Positions 1-11,500 of a stretch of DNA of 64,000 nucleotides are shown in pieces. Position 1 is the stretch's first letter; the number at the start of each line of letters is the position of its first letter. The notes under the pieces were generated by a model. That model searched no databases, was not told the origin of the DNA, and worked only from the letters and a program-made list of their open reading frames with translations. Origin of the DNA: Tetramitus jugosus (lineage: Eukaryota; Protista; Heterolobosea); the NCBI GenBank assembly GCA_937625935.1, contig OW569362.1, positions 248,001 through 312,000 of the forward strand, in the 5' to 3' direction. A program made the translations under genes and the position numbers.

Positions 1-375
1 GGTGCACTCGCTCGCAGCAGTAGCAGCGCATCGTTATTCGATGAATCCAATAGTGTCTCTCATGAAGAAAACGGACCAACAACAGTCAACGATGACTCCC
101 ACCCTCATCAGAGCACACTCACATACGAAACAAACACGGAAACATTATCAAAGTTTGAGATTATGGACGGTGATCCATGCAAGAATCAAATGGTGCCAAT
201 TCGGTTGTACTTGGCTGGCATACCACATTTGACTCCGTCCTATGCAGTGAAAAATATGTTTGATGTGTCATACTTTGTGAACGTTTGTTTAATCGATTCA
301 CACGATAGACGATTGTTCAAGCAACAAGAGATTTACGTGTACAGAAAGGAGTGGCCCAATTGGCGCCATCGATAA
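1..375 (+). CDS. VPS26: Retromer subunit VPS26, 3' part only (runs off window start)
   Basis: Frame 1 is open from base 1 to TAA at 373-375. It reads TETLSKFEIMDGDPCKNQMVPIRLYLAG...FDVSYFVNVCLIDSHDRRLFKQQEIYVYRK, matching the VPS26 C-terminal signature (EIMDG..IPIRLFL..RRYFKQQEI). Confidence 0.9.
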   Translation, partial: GALARSSSSASLFDESNSVSHEENGPTTVNDDSHPHQSTLTYETNTETLSKFEIMDGDPCKNQMVPIRLYLAGIPHLTPSYAVKNMFDVSYFVNVCLIDSHDRRLFKQQEIYVYRKEWPNWRHR

Positions 376-506
376 ATCACACATGCATTGTTTGTATTGA
401 ATACACTATTTACCCTATTTCTATTATACAATTCACGTATCACTTTTACACTTATTTTACAACTAATCTACACAGTGGGAGTCACGAACACCATAACGTT
501 TCATTA

Positions 507-866
507 TCAACCAGAGAAGTCAATGATGGTGTCCTTGTCATCAAAGTGACCCTCCTCGTCAATTGCTTGGTGCAATGGGCCAGTGGTTGCATCTTCCATG
601 TGGTGATGTTGCTGGCGATCCAAGGATGTGCCTTGGAGCTCTTCTCTGATGTGTTCAATCTCACCTGGATGTGCACCCAACTCAATGCTCTTATTCTCCT
701 TTTCCATTGTTCCAAGTGTGTCCTTGTCATTATTCAGGTGGAGTTCAGTGCTGGATAAATGATCTCTCTGACCCAGATGTAGTCTGGGAGTAACTGAGAA
801 TGCCCTGTAGGAGCACGATCGGGTGAGAGGTCTCATCAATACATTGATTCTTGTCAACATGGTCAT
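507..866 (-). CDS. Small hypothetical protein (119 aa), possible mitochondrial presequence
   Basis: ATG ORF. The N-terminus MTMLTRINVLMRPLTRSCSYRAFSVTPRL is Arg/Ser-rich with no acidic residues, followed by an acidic, His-rich body. Confidence 0.55.
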   Translation of the reverse strand: MTMLTRINVLMRPLTRSCSYRAFSVTPRLHLGQRDHLSSTELHLNNDKDTLGTMEKENKSIELGAHPGEIEHIREELQGTSLDRQQHHHMEDATTGPLHQAIDEEGHFDDKDTIIDFSG

Positions 867-1502
867 TCTCTAAATATTGTTTCAAAGTACTTGATCAAGA
901 AGCGTTTTTCATGAGATCATGCGAAGAATTTATGAGAACTGCCTGATCGGTCAACCACGAAGCAATAAAAAGGAGTTCTTCGGTGGCTATTCTCGTACTA
1001 TTGTCCGACTGTCGGTGTGTAACGTGTGTCAGTCAATTTCAATAGGACGTTCCCTTGCCATATTTGAGAATTTTCGTGTGGAACATTTGTCCTGATCAGG
1101 CGAAGACAAGTATTGGAAATCTGGAGTCAATGAATCAAAAACATCGTTTCACCTCTTAAGAGAAAACCAATTCTCATGCCTCGACCGTAACACCATTTGT
1201 TGCACCACTTGGATATCCACCAATAGAACCTTGTCAAAAACACGCAAACAACAGCAACCACCACAGCAACATCCTCACTGAGTTTTACACTAACAACTTC
1301 TTGTGAATCTCAAAAGCTAAAAGACACATATCTTCCTGTTCATCCAAAACACGTGTAAACACAACACACGCCATCCCTGGCCTTCAAGAGAAAAAATAGG
1401 ACGCTGTCTATTTTTTTTGGTTGCAGCAACGACATACACCTCATACAACATAATATTGACATCTTATAAGATTTCAAAGTCAATTGTGTTCCAAGAAAAA
1501 AG

Positions 1503-2345
1503 ATGTCTCATCAGCATCATCATCACCACCACCACCACCAACATTCAATTTTAACCATGAGCTCTTCATCTCCCTTGTCCAAGGTAGGTAAGTCATCGTC
1601 TTCCTCTACGACTACGATAACTTCAAATAACCACAGTAGCACCACTAGCACGAGCAGCAGCAACAATCGTAACTCTTCCTCCTCGTCTTCTTCATCATCT
1701 CACAATGTGTTTCAATGTGAATTTAACATTGATAAGAAGCTGGAGGAGTTTGCTTATTTGGCCTGCGATATTACCAACTGTGCCAGTAGTTTCCTATTCA
1801 CGGTTGATCACTCGAACTCTAATCAAAAAAGAACGATTAGGGCCATGTGTGGTGTCGAAGTCAACTCTGTGATGCAAGAAATTGCCTTGTTCCCTGTGCC
1901 TCTCATTGATGACAATGAACACTCTGCACCCAATCACAATTTAACTGACTTGGAGCACTTGTATAGTAGCTTTGAGAGCTCTAGTCATCGGACTGATTCA
2001 ACCATTGAGGTTATTGGAGATATGAGAGCTGAGAACAATGAGTACTATCGGTCTTTGACAGAACAATTTGGGTACAGATTCTGTGTCAGTCTTCGTTTGA
2101 CCATGATTGGTGCAATGTCATGTATTCTGTGTATTTTTGATTACACACCAAGACGTAAACTACGGACCACTGAGACAGATGCTTTGATGTTACTGACAGA
2201 AAAGGCATTGGTACGAGCTTTACAGTTGCAAAGCCCTCGCACTAACAACAATAATAATCAGAACAACAACAATAACTTCAATAATAATAGTAATAGTAAC
2301 AATAATAATAATACCTCTGTTCTTCGGAATAGATCAAGGCGGTAA
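1503..2345 (+). CDS. GAF-domain protein with His/Ser/Asn low-complexity flanks
   Basis: LEEFAYLACDITNCASSFLFTVD...VIGDMRAE...YRFCVSLRLTMIGAMSCILCIFDYTPRRKLRTTETDALMLL follows the GAF pattern (RFYAGxPL..GTLCVxDxxPR). A short 3' exon after a possible intron at 2342-2380 cannot be excluded. Confidence 0.7.
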   Translation: MSHQHHHHHHHHQHSILTMSSSSPLSKVGKSSSSSTTTITSNNHSSTTSTSSSNNRNSSSSSSSSSHNVFQCEFNIDKKLEEFAYLACDITNCASSFLFTVDHSNSNQKRTIRAMCGVEVNSVMQEIALFPVPLIDDNEHSAPNHNLTDLEHLYSSFESSSHRTDSTIEVIGDMRAENNEYYRSLTEQFGYRFCVSLRLTMIGAMSCILCIFDYTPRRKLRTTETDALMLLTEKALVRALQLQSPRTNNNNNQNNNNNFNNNSNSNNNNNTSVLRNRSRR

Positions 2346-3107
2346 ACTAAGAGATTGAATCACCATAAAGTTTCAATCAGAGAAGGTGATGCATTCTTTG
2401 AGTTGCTGTCCAATACCATCCCCTTAAGGAATATCCTTTACAATGCACGTTTTTGGTTGGCCAAAGTGCCATACATTTGAACTCTCACTACAAGTAGTGA
2501 AATGGAGTGTAACAAACAGTTCACTCACCCCTTCAAAAAAATTTGGCTCAAGAAAGGCCCACAGTAAATCATGTCAGCCATTGAGTACAAATGTTGTATC
2601 TTTTTGAACTAGTTTTATTTGAACAGTACCTGTCAAACTTACAGTCGTTTTACAATAAGAGAACTAAATGAGTTCAGCCAACCAAGGTTTTCTGTAAATA
2701 TCAACCGCAATCCTCGATCCGAAGACATTGCATATTTCTAAGATCGAGAGTGTTTTGTCTGACAAGGCTGTCACTACCCAAAGGTTCAACAAGAAAGTCA
2801 TGAATGAAAGTTCCTCCTTCACCGCTCACAAAGCTCTATGCGAGTCATGAATGCCAGCACAAACCGTTTAGCAACTTATCTTGAGTTTAACGATGTTTGA
2901 AAGATTGTAGAACACAATTGTATCCGAAGTGTCCAACAAATTTTGAGTAAAAGTTCCACGTTTCATAGTAACATAGTGTAGTTCTTATGCCTTATTCTAT
3001 TGAGCAAGTTTTATTCTATCAAGCACTAGTCCAAATAAATAAATTAAGAGGTTGGTTGAGCTGTGCTCAGAGTAGAAGAATTGATCTTCCAACCATAGAA
3101 GAGCAAC

Positions 3108-4436
3108 TCACGAATTAACAGCATAGTCAGCTGCAACAGGAGATTCTCGTGGAGATGATAGAGAAGGAGATGATGGAAAGGGGGACGAGGAAGAAGTTGA
3201 GCAAGATGAGGACAATTCCTCACTCAATGCAGGAGTAGGACTGGAAGGGGTTCTATTGAATGCTGATTGCAGAGCTTCCCAAGTGCTCTCATCAATCTTC
3301 TTCTCTGGTACATTGCTAACATTGACCAAGAAACTCAAGTGTCTCTTTCTGTGCTTGCCTTTCATGTATTCTGGCCAAGGCTTTCTAGGCCATCTCAGTC
3401 CGGGATAAACCATGTAGAATCGCCTCTTGAGCGTACTTAAACTAATTCCCATGAGTTCAGCAGCCTTAGGTTGACAATACTTGATGTGTTCATCAATTTG
3501 CTCCTTGATGGCAACCAAGTTTGCATTTGCTCTGCTCTGACCACTCATATTGGAGTTTGCCATCTCAGCACTACGATTTGCAATTGCTTCATATTCATCT
3601 TCACTCTCACTGCTACTACTAGTGTCCTGTTGACGCCTACGAGAATGATTCTTGTTGTTCTTCTTTCCCTTCTTGTTGTTGAACCTAGTGCTGCTCTTGT
3701 TTGTCACTGTTGAAGCTTGTGGTGAATTTCTGCTCTGAAGAGGTTTCCTAGATCTCCTCTTTGAAATAGAATTGCCATGATAGCTCTCATCAATGGGAGA
3801 CACCGGAGAAGCAACGGGAGAAACTTTCCTGTGCCTCCTGCTGTCGGGTGCGGAGGATGACGGGTGAATTGTTTCAACCGTTGGCGACTGGGGGTTAGTA
3901 TCGTCATGGTTATGATTACCCTTTTGTTGTGGGGCAGTAGTTGGCCTTGGATAATAGGAGTAGTGGTAATGATCCCCACCACGGGAGGGCCAATGATTGT
4001 TATAGCTCTCTATTGGAGGAGAGTATCTTGCTTGATAATGCATGGATAGAGAGCTTTGATAGGGCGAATGAGGGGCAGGATAATAATAAGGATGAGAGTA
4101 CCTTTGAGATTCAGCTGAATGAGGAGATGGAGGAACGTGCAACGAATATGATTCTTGTTCTTCTTGATGATGATGGTGGTGATACACTTGATAGGTGGCT
4201 TGTGCTGTTGCTACGTGTCTATTACTACTATGGTAGCAATGGTCGCTCATGAAAGAAGTGGAGGATGTTTCTTGGGAGGGAGAGCTACGACTAGACAACA
4301 CGTTTACTGTAGTAGACACAGAAACTGGAGATGTTGTTTCTTGTTGGTGTTGATTCTCTTTCCTTGTGGAGATCAGGAATTGTGGTCTTGGAAGCAGCAA
4401 AGATGCTGATGGAGAGAGAGATTGTGGATGGTGCAT
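3108..4436 (-). CDS. RWP-RK domain transcription factor
   Basis: QPKAAELMGISLSTLKRRFYMVYPGLRWPRK is an RWP-RK helix-turn-helix signature. First ATG is at 4436 (the track starts at a TTG). Confidence 0.8.
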   Translation of the reverse strand: MHHPQSLSPSASLLLPRPQFLISTRKENQHQQETTSPVSVSTTVNVLSSRSSPSQETSSTSFMSDHCYHSSNRHVATAQATYQVYHHHHHQEEQESYSLHVPPSPHSAESQRYSHPYYYPAPHSPYQSSLSMHYQARYSPPIESYNNHWPSRGGDHYHYSYYPRPTTAPQQKGNHNHDDTNPQSPTVETIHPSSSAPDSRRHRKVSPVASPVSPIDESYHGNSISKRRSRKPLQSRNSPQASTVTNKSSTRFNNKKGKKNNKNHSRRRQQDTSSSSESEDEYEAIANRSAEMANSNMSGQSRANANLVAIKEQIDEHIKYCQPKAAELMGISLSTLKRRFYMVYPGLRWPRKPWPEYMKGKHRKRHLSFLVNVSNVPEKKIDESTWEALQSAFNRTPSSPTPALSEELSSSCSTSSSSPFPSSPSLSSPRESPVAADYAVNS

Positions 4437-5292
4437 GCCTTCGTTGTTCAACAATGGATGATAGAGGTTGGTTGTAGTTCAGTTGGTTTTGGCAACAAGC
4501 AACTCAATCAAAAGGAGGACGACTTGCTTTTGGGAAGGTGGGTTTCCAGCACACAGCAAAGAGAATTTAGGTCTTGTTGGATTCAAATGTCGAGCGAATT
4601 GGAGGGGTGAGGTGTTGAGCTCGATGATTGTTTTAGTTCTTTCTGTTGGTGAGAGCTTGATATTGACAAGATAGAGAAAGGGACTCTCACTTCGGTGAAC
4701 AATATCTTGTTTTGACGTCTCAAGATGAGGATTCTAGGGAGAGTCTCCGTGTGTTGGAGTTGGGGTTCCTCTTGAGCACCAAATGCCTTTGCCAAGAGAA
4801 AGGACGCGGAAATAAAACGTATTTGTGACTATTATACCAGCTTCGAAATGGATTGAGCGATCGTTTAACCATATCATGCATTGGATCATGCATTCGAGGA
4901 GGAACTTGGAGGAACCGCAAATTTGATTTGGAGCTGATGGAGAGAATCTGTTGACGCGACATTTTCAGATATGGCAAGGGTATGCGGGCAATGTCTCGAA
5001 GAGCCAATCAAAGTCCTTTTCAATTTGACGGTCACCCAAGATTTAAAAGCCCTCAATTTTTCGCCGACATTTTTACAAAAAATGTTTCATTCCAGAATCT
5101 CATTGAATTCACCACAAAAGTGCAAGGTTCAATCTTCTCTCGCATCTTTTTTTTCACACCGAAAGTTGAACGAACAAACCGCCCGTAAAACTTGGACCAA
5201 CTCTTCTCGATCTCATTCATAAAAAAATAAAACAAGAAACCCACCAACAAAAAACACATCAACAACTAACAACAACAAATACAAAAAACAAC

Positions 5293-7080
5293 ATGCCTAG
5301 ATACGACGATAATCATTACTCTTCTCACTCTGCTACAAAGCCATACGATGATCAATACCAAAGAAGCGGCGGCGACCGCGAACCATACAGATCCAGTGGT
5401 GGCAGCGGATACGGCGGCGGTGGATACGGTGGTGGCCGATCATACGGAGGTTCATCATCATCATCCTATGGAGGTCATAGCAGCTATGACAGACGTGATG
5501 ATAGAGGAGGAGACTCCCGTGGTGGAATGAATAGAACTCCAGCTGATGCTGAACCATACACAAGAGAAGAAGAAACTGAAGAAAAGCTTTTTGAAAAGGC
5601 ACCAACTAACCCTGGTATCAACTTTGACAATTATGAAAACATTCCTGTTGAAGTGTTCGGAAATGATGCCCCTGCACCTATTGAGAGCTTTGAAGATGCA
5701 AACTTGCCAGCCTCTCTTTTGAGAAACATTAAGAGAGCCAACTATAACAAACCAACTCCAGTTCAAAGATATGCAATTCCTATTGTGACCGCCAAGAGAG
5801 ACTTGATGGCTTGTGCACAGACTGGTTCCGGAAAGACCAATGCCTTCTTATTCCCAATGATTAACCGGTTGTTGAAGGATATGCCAGAGAGAGTCAGAGG
5901 ACAAGTGAGTACACCTTCTGCTCTTATTTTGGCACCTACAAGAGAATTGGCCACACAAATTTATGATGAAGCAAGAAAGTTCCTTTATCAATCTGGATTG
6001 AGATCAGTTGTTGTCTATGGTGGTGCTGATGCCAGATATCAAATTAACCAATTGAACTATGGATGCGATATTCTTGTCGCTACTCCTGGTCGTTTGAGTG
6101 ACTTGCTAGAGAGACGTGCTGTCACCATGAACACTGTCAAGTATCTAGTGTTGGATGAAGCCGATAGAATGTTGGACATGGGTTTTGAAAAGCAAATCAG
6201 ACACATTGTTCTTCAATCTGGAATGCCTGATGTCACAATGAGAAATACTTTGCTCTTCTCTGCTACGTTCCCAAAGGAAATTCAAAGATTAGCTATGGAC
6301 TTTTTGAACAAGGACTACCTGTTCTTGACTGTTGGTAGAGTCGGTGCTGCAAGTGAGAATGTGAGTCAAGGCTTTGAGTTCTGCGAGCCAGACCAAAAGA
6401 ATGAAATTTTGCTCAAGCACATGAAGGAGACTCCAGGATTGGCTTTAATCTTTACAAAGACCAAGAGAGACGCTGATGATTTGGAACACTTCCTGTACGA
6501 GAATGGTTACAAGGTGTCTTCTATCCATGGTGATCGATCTCAACGTCAGAGAGAATATGCATTGAGAAGCTTCAAGAGTGGAATAACCCCAGTTTTGGTG
6601 GCTACTGATGTTGCTGCAAGAGGTTTGGATATTCCTTCTGTACAACATGTGATCAACTACGATTTGCCTGAGAATATTGATGATTATACTCATCGTATTG
6701 GTAGAACTGGTAGAGCAGGTAACACTGGTAAGGCCACTTCCTTCTACACCTTTAAGAACAGAAATCTTGCCACTGATTTGGTTCAATCATTGAATGATGC
6801 CAAGCAACCGGTGCCTGAGCAATTGCAAAAAGCAGCTGATTATAGATCCAACCGTGGATTCGGAGGTGGATATGGTCGCGGTGGCGGTGGTAGAGGTTAT
6901 GGAGGTGGTCGTGGTGGTGGCTTCGGAGGAGGAAATAGAGGCTTTGGCGGTGGTAACAGCGGTGGTTATGGTGGCCAAAGTCGAGGATATGGTGGTGGCA
7001 GTGGTTATGGCGGTCAGAGCCGGGGTGGTGGTGCACCTTACTCTAACAATAGAGGAGGCGGCTATCAAAACGACTACTAA
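5293..7080 (+). CDS. DED1: DEAD-box RNA helicase, DDX3/Ded1 family
   Basis: GINFDNYENIPVE, Q-motif PTPVQ, AQTGSGKT, PTRELA, DEAD, SAT and HRIGRTGRAG motifs, with RGG/YGG-rich tails at both ends. Confidence 0.95.
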   Translation: MPRYDDNHYSSHSATKPYDDQYQRSGGDREPYRSSGGSGYGGGGYGGGRSYGGSSSSSYGGHSSYDRRDDRGGDSRGGMNRTPADAEPYTREEETEEKLFEKAPTNPGINFDNYENIPVEVFGNDAPAPIESFEDANLPASLLRNIKRANYNKPTPVQRYAIPIVTAKRDLMACAQTGSGKTNAFLFPMINRLLKDMPERVRGQVSTPSALILAPTRELATQIYDEARKFLYQSGLRSVVVYGGADARYQINQLNYGCDILVATPGRLSDLLERRAVTMNTVKYLVLDEADRMLDMGFEKQIRHIVLQSGMPDVTMRNTLLFSATFPKEIQRLAMDFLNKDYLFLTVGRVGAASENVSQGFEFCEPDQKNEILLKHMKETPGLALIFTKTKRDADDLEHFLYENGYKVSSIHGDRSQRQREYALRSFKSGITPVLVATDVAARGLDIPSVQHVINYDLPENIDDYTHRIGRTGRAGNTGKATSFYTFKNRNLATDLVQSLNDAKQPVPEQLQKAADYRSNRGFGGGYGRGGGGRGYGGGRGGGFGGGNRGFGGGNSGGYGGQSRGYGGGSGYGGQSRGGGAPYSNNRGGGYQNDY

Positions 7081-7839
7081 GCGCGCTTTCCAACAGAAGG
7101 AAAGCGGTGATTCATTCGAGAGTCAAATGTAAGTAGGACATTATGTATTGCTATGTTTGCGCGTATGTGTGTGTGTTTTGTCATTGACAAAAAGTGTGGA
7201 CATGTGAGGGGCGTAATAGAACTTGTTACACTTCTCGATCTGCATTCTTTTCCAATGATCGACAAGACACACCACTACTTGTAATTTGAGGGCTGTTCAA
7301 ACCTTTGTGCTACTGCATGTATGTATTGAGAGCTCTCTTCAAGCATGTGTTGTCCTATTTCACTCTTGTTAGTCATCGTTTTTCATCGACCATCCTTTGT
7401 GTCAGATTAACGCAGTCAATTCAGTTTAGTGGGACTTCTTCGAGTCCCAGGATTCCGATGTGTTGTGTTGCTGACATTTTCCTTTTTGTTTCCTTGATCT
7501 TGAATTCCTAACATTTCCCTTTGAAATTTACATAAACATTTCCCATTCATTAATTTTTCCTTGCTTCTTCTCGTAAACAAACGTTCATAGTGGGTTTGGC
7601 TGTTTTCCCACACGCCGGACCTTGGCAGCATGTTCGAGGGCAGCATCCGCGAATTCAACACGCGAGGCCCACGGCCAAGAGCATACCAAAGCATTTTCAC
7701 ACAGAAAAAACGAACAAGACAAGACCTAAGTGTTGCTGCTCGCTCACACCCAACAACGACACAAACATCCAACACGAATTTGATTGAAAAAGCCAGTGTC
7801 AAACATCGCATTGAACAACACAATATCAGCACCACCATC

Positions 7840-8358
7840 ATGTCAGCACCCATCCATATGAGACTTGCAACACTGGACGACTATCCTGTTGTCTTTAGAG
7901 GAAGAGACGAAATTCGAGTGATTGAACAGTACGATCACGATGAGACGACATCACCTGAAGAAAGCATAACATTCATCAAGGATGCCATTAAAAAGGGCCA
8001 TGTGTGGATTGCTATTCTCGGAGGTGAACCTGCTGGCTTCATCTGGTTCGTCCGATCCAAGAAGTGCCCCTTTGGCGTCGATTATCTGGATCAGAGCACA
8101 GAGTACATTTTCATTGATTTTGTCTGGGTAGATCCAAAGTTCCGCGGTAGACGCGTCGGTAACTATCTCTATGACTTTGCAGAGGAGTACTGTAAAAGGA
8201 ATAACATTCCAGAGATTGTGTTGGATGTGATGCCAATGAATCCAAAATCTGTTGAATTTCACACGCACATTGGATTCAAGCCTGTGTGCACTGTTTTTTC
8301 GAGAAAAGTTGGAAAGAAGGAAGATGGTGGTCAAACGATCTTACCAAGCAAGCTATAA
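7840..8358 (+). CDS. GNAT-family N-acetyltransferase ending in PTS1 (-SKL)
   Basis: Motif A VWVDPKFRGRRVGNYL, then LDVMPMNPKSVEFHTHIGF. Likely ATG at 7840 (MSAPIHMRLATLDD). C-terminus is ILPSKL*. Confidence 0.85.
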   Translation: MSAPIHMRLATLDDYPVVFRGRDEIRVIEQYDHDETTSPEESITFIKDAIKKGHVWIAILGGEPAGFIWFVRSKKCPFGVDYLDQSTEYIFIDFVWVDPKFRGRRVGNYLYDFAEEYCKRNNIPEIVLDVMPMNPKSVEFHTHIGFKPVCTVFSRKVGKKEDGGQTILPSKL

Positions 8359-8599
8359 AGCTTAAATATCAAACATGTGGTTGATATAAAGATTTGTGTT
8401 TGAACTTATTCTGTTCTTTTCGTCATGCAAGCGCCAAAATGCAATTTGAGACGGGGTATTACAGTAAGTGCACTAGTCACTGAACTTCCGAGTTCTCGTT
8501 GTCTGAGTTTGCATGGGTGCAATTTACTCGCCATTAAAAGGTGATGATACGAATTGCCAACAACAAGGCCAAAACAAAAAACAACAAAAACACTGCAAC

Positions 8600-11500
8600 A
8601 TGTTCAAGATAGAGTCTGTCATTCGGCCATTGGATAATGAGCATTATGCTCTTCAGTTAACTACTCATGTTGTGGGTAAGTCACAAGTCGTAGCTGCCTC
8701 TCAAACAGACAAGGACAAGCAAGAGGAAAACGATGTCACAAAGAACAAGATTACCCCAGACACTGTTATTGTACAGGCACAAGACGAAGAAGCACATGAC
8801 GATGGTGAGACCAAGAAATCAGCAAAGACCATTGAAGATGGCGATGTAGCAAAGAAGACGGCGGCTGATGCATCTACCCCTGTTGCTCCTACCTCAGAGA
8901 TCGGCAATTCAAAGGATCTGGTCATTGTGTTGGATGTTTCTGGATCCATGTATGGTAGTGCTTTAGATCAGAGCAAGGACGCCATCTGTACCTTGCTGAC
9001 CTTCCTCAGTGAGAATGGTGGTGAAGGCACAAATGTAACCTTTATTATTTTCTCAGATAATGCAATCACTTATCCACTTGGCGGTTTGCCCTTGAGTCAA
9101 CAAGTAACAAAGGTTAGAAGCGTTAATGTTATTGGTGGTACAGATTTTGCCTCAGCGTTCCATGCAATTGGTGAAGTCGAGTATCGTTCTTCTTCAGCTG
9201 CAATTGTATTCTTTACTGACGGACAAGATGGATCAGGTGTTCAGGTGAGAGAGCAGAAGAAACAAAATATGATTAGTCAATTGAAGTCAAAGGTTGGTGC
9301 ATTCGAGTTCCATACCATCGGTTTCACTGCTTATCATGATGTTCACTTGTTAACTGATATTACCAAGCAAGGGACTGCTCAAGGAACCTTCCAATATGTC
9401 AAGAACTCTGAAGACATCCCAGTTGCTATAGGTAACCTATCTCCTCTTGTCATGGGATCTTCTTTGATTGGTAATATTACTATTGTTGACAAGAAACAAA
9501 ACAAGAACATCTCGCACCAAAAATTATCCTTGCAAGGAGACAATAGCGGTGAGATTTTCGACAGCAAGTGCTTCTTTAAGGTTGACTCATCAGTCGATAT
9601 GACTGACTTGGAATTTGTCGTGGAAATATCAGCAAATGACAGTGTGTTCATTTCTTCATTACAACCAAAGGTTATCAAGTTGGAAGAGATGAGCGATATT
9701 GAGAAGTCGTGTATTCAAATTGAATATATCGAGTGTCAATTGTTGGGATTGACTCAGGAGATTGCTGAATCAAAGAGCGATAAATCTGCCTTGAGAGAGA
9801 CCAAGAATAAGTTGAGATTGCTCGAAGAGAGACTAGATACAATCAGAGAGTCAAAGTTCGGATCTCGAATGGCTAGAAAGAGAATATTGACTCAATGTGT
9901 AGAAGTGAGTGAGGTGGTAAACCAAATCAACTCTCTTTTGGCTGAGGCTATGGTATCTGAATTATCCAATGATAAGTTAGCCACACTTAATTCATTGGGT
10001 TACAAGGCAATTACAAAGAGCGGTCTCCAGAAGAAGATGGACCTCAGAGCACAGGAGAATGTTGATTTATTTGAAAAGTTGGAGAAGAATATTGCACAGA
10101 CAGTCAAAAAGTTTAACTTTAATCATCTGAAGGAAAAGTATGGAACTGATGCAGAGGAGCTTGGAAAGTGTCTCATCTCATGTAACAACTGGATAGAGGC
10201 ATTGCAGGATGAAGATTGTTTGTGCTTAACATTGGATGTATCTAGATCTCAAGCTGCTATCGCTGATCCTACTCAAGTTAAAATCAAGTCTATCAATCAA
10301 TCTTTCATGACTGCTGAGTCATTCCTTGAATCTGTCATGTTTTCCTTGGGAAATTCTCAGGATCACACTGCTGTCCATGGAGGTTTTGATAAGAGTTTAG
10401 ATGCACAGGTTGTTACCGGTGTTGCCAGAGAATCAATCACTGCAGTTCTTCCATTGTTTATTAACGAGCACCATTGGAGAGTTGCCAAGCACAAGATGAA
10501 GTCTGTCATGGGATTCGTTTGTACATTGAATGTGTTGGGTTACACTTATGGTCAAGTGAAGATCGTTCCCTTCCTCGTACTTGCTGAGGCATGCAAGTCA
10601 GTCAACACTGATTTTGAAAAGAAGCAAGTTGAATTGATCAAGGAGACATGCAAGCAAATTTACAGAGACTCCTCCACACCAAACGTCGAGTTTAAGATGT
10701 CCGAGATAGTGAAGCAACAATTTGAAAACTACATCACTGATCCAGCATCCCGCACTGTTGATGTCATTGCTAGTAATGCTGTTTTCTTGGCTCAGTTGCT
10801 TTGTGCGGTTGAGTTAGGCGATATCCAGGTTGACTCCGTTGACTTGGATCGCTTCTTCCAATATTTGGCCGAAGAAGAGTTGAGAAGACTGTCTCACAAG
10901 GACACAGATCTAACAGCAACTCAAGTGATGTCTCTCTTGAATATTGATCAAGCCGAGTTCATTGACAAATTTATCTCTGACTTCAAGGAGAAGTTTAATG
11001 CACAAAATAGTAATATGGAGTCTTCAGGAAGTCAATATGCCTCAACTATGATAGCAGTGTTAAGAAACGCAGGAGCAGATACATCTGATCTTGAGACTGA
11101 TCAACAAGTATCTGCAGATGTCAATGGATCTGACCAATCCAATCAATCAGACAACTCAGATATCAAAATTGTGGCTCCAATTAAGGGATATGATGGATCT
11201 ATGGCACAATTGTCCTCTGACGCAACTCAGCTGATTGACAAGTACGATACCATGATGAAGAGCAAGGTATCCACTTTGCTCAACATGCGCAGATTCCTCT
11301 CTAAAACACCTTATGCAACCTATACTGATTTGGCATCAATTGGAATTAGTTCTAATGAAGCCCGTTTGTGCTTGGCAATGCAAAACACGCAACAAACAAA
11401 GAATCAATCGAGAAAGCAAGCATTTGAATCCGGTTCCTATGTCGATCCATTCTCCAACCCGAAGTCCTTCCTCGAGAAGACTTATGTGAAGGTTATTACC

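Noticed and set aside
2345-2660. Minus-strand frame with only three stops over about 100 codons
   Set aside because: No recognisable motifs, and the stop density is compatible with chance.
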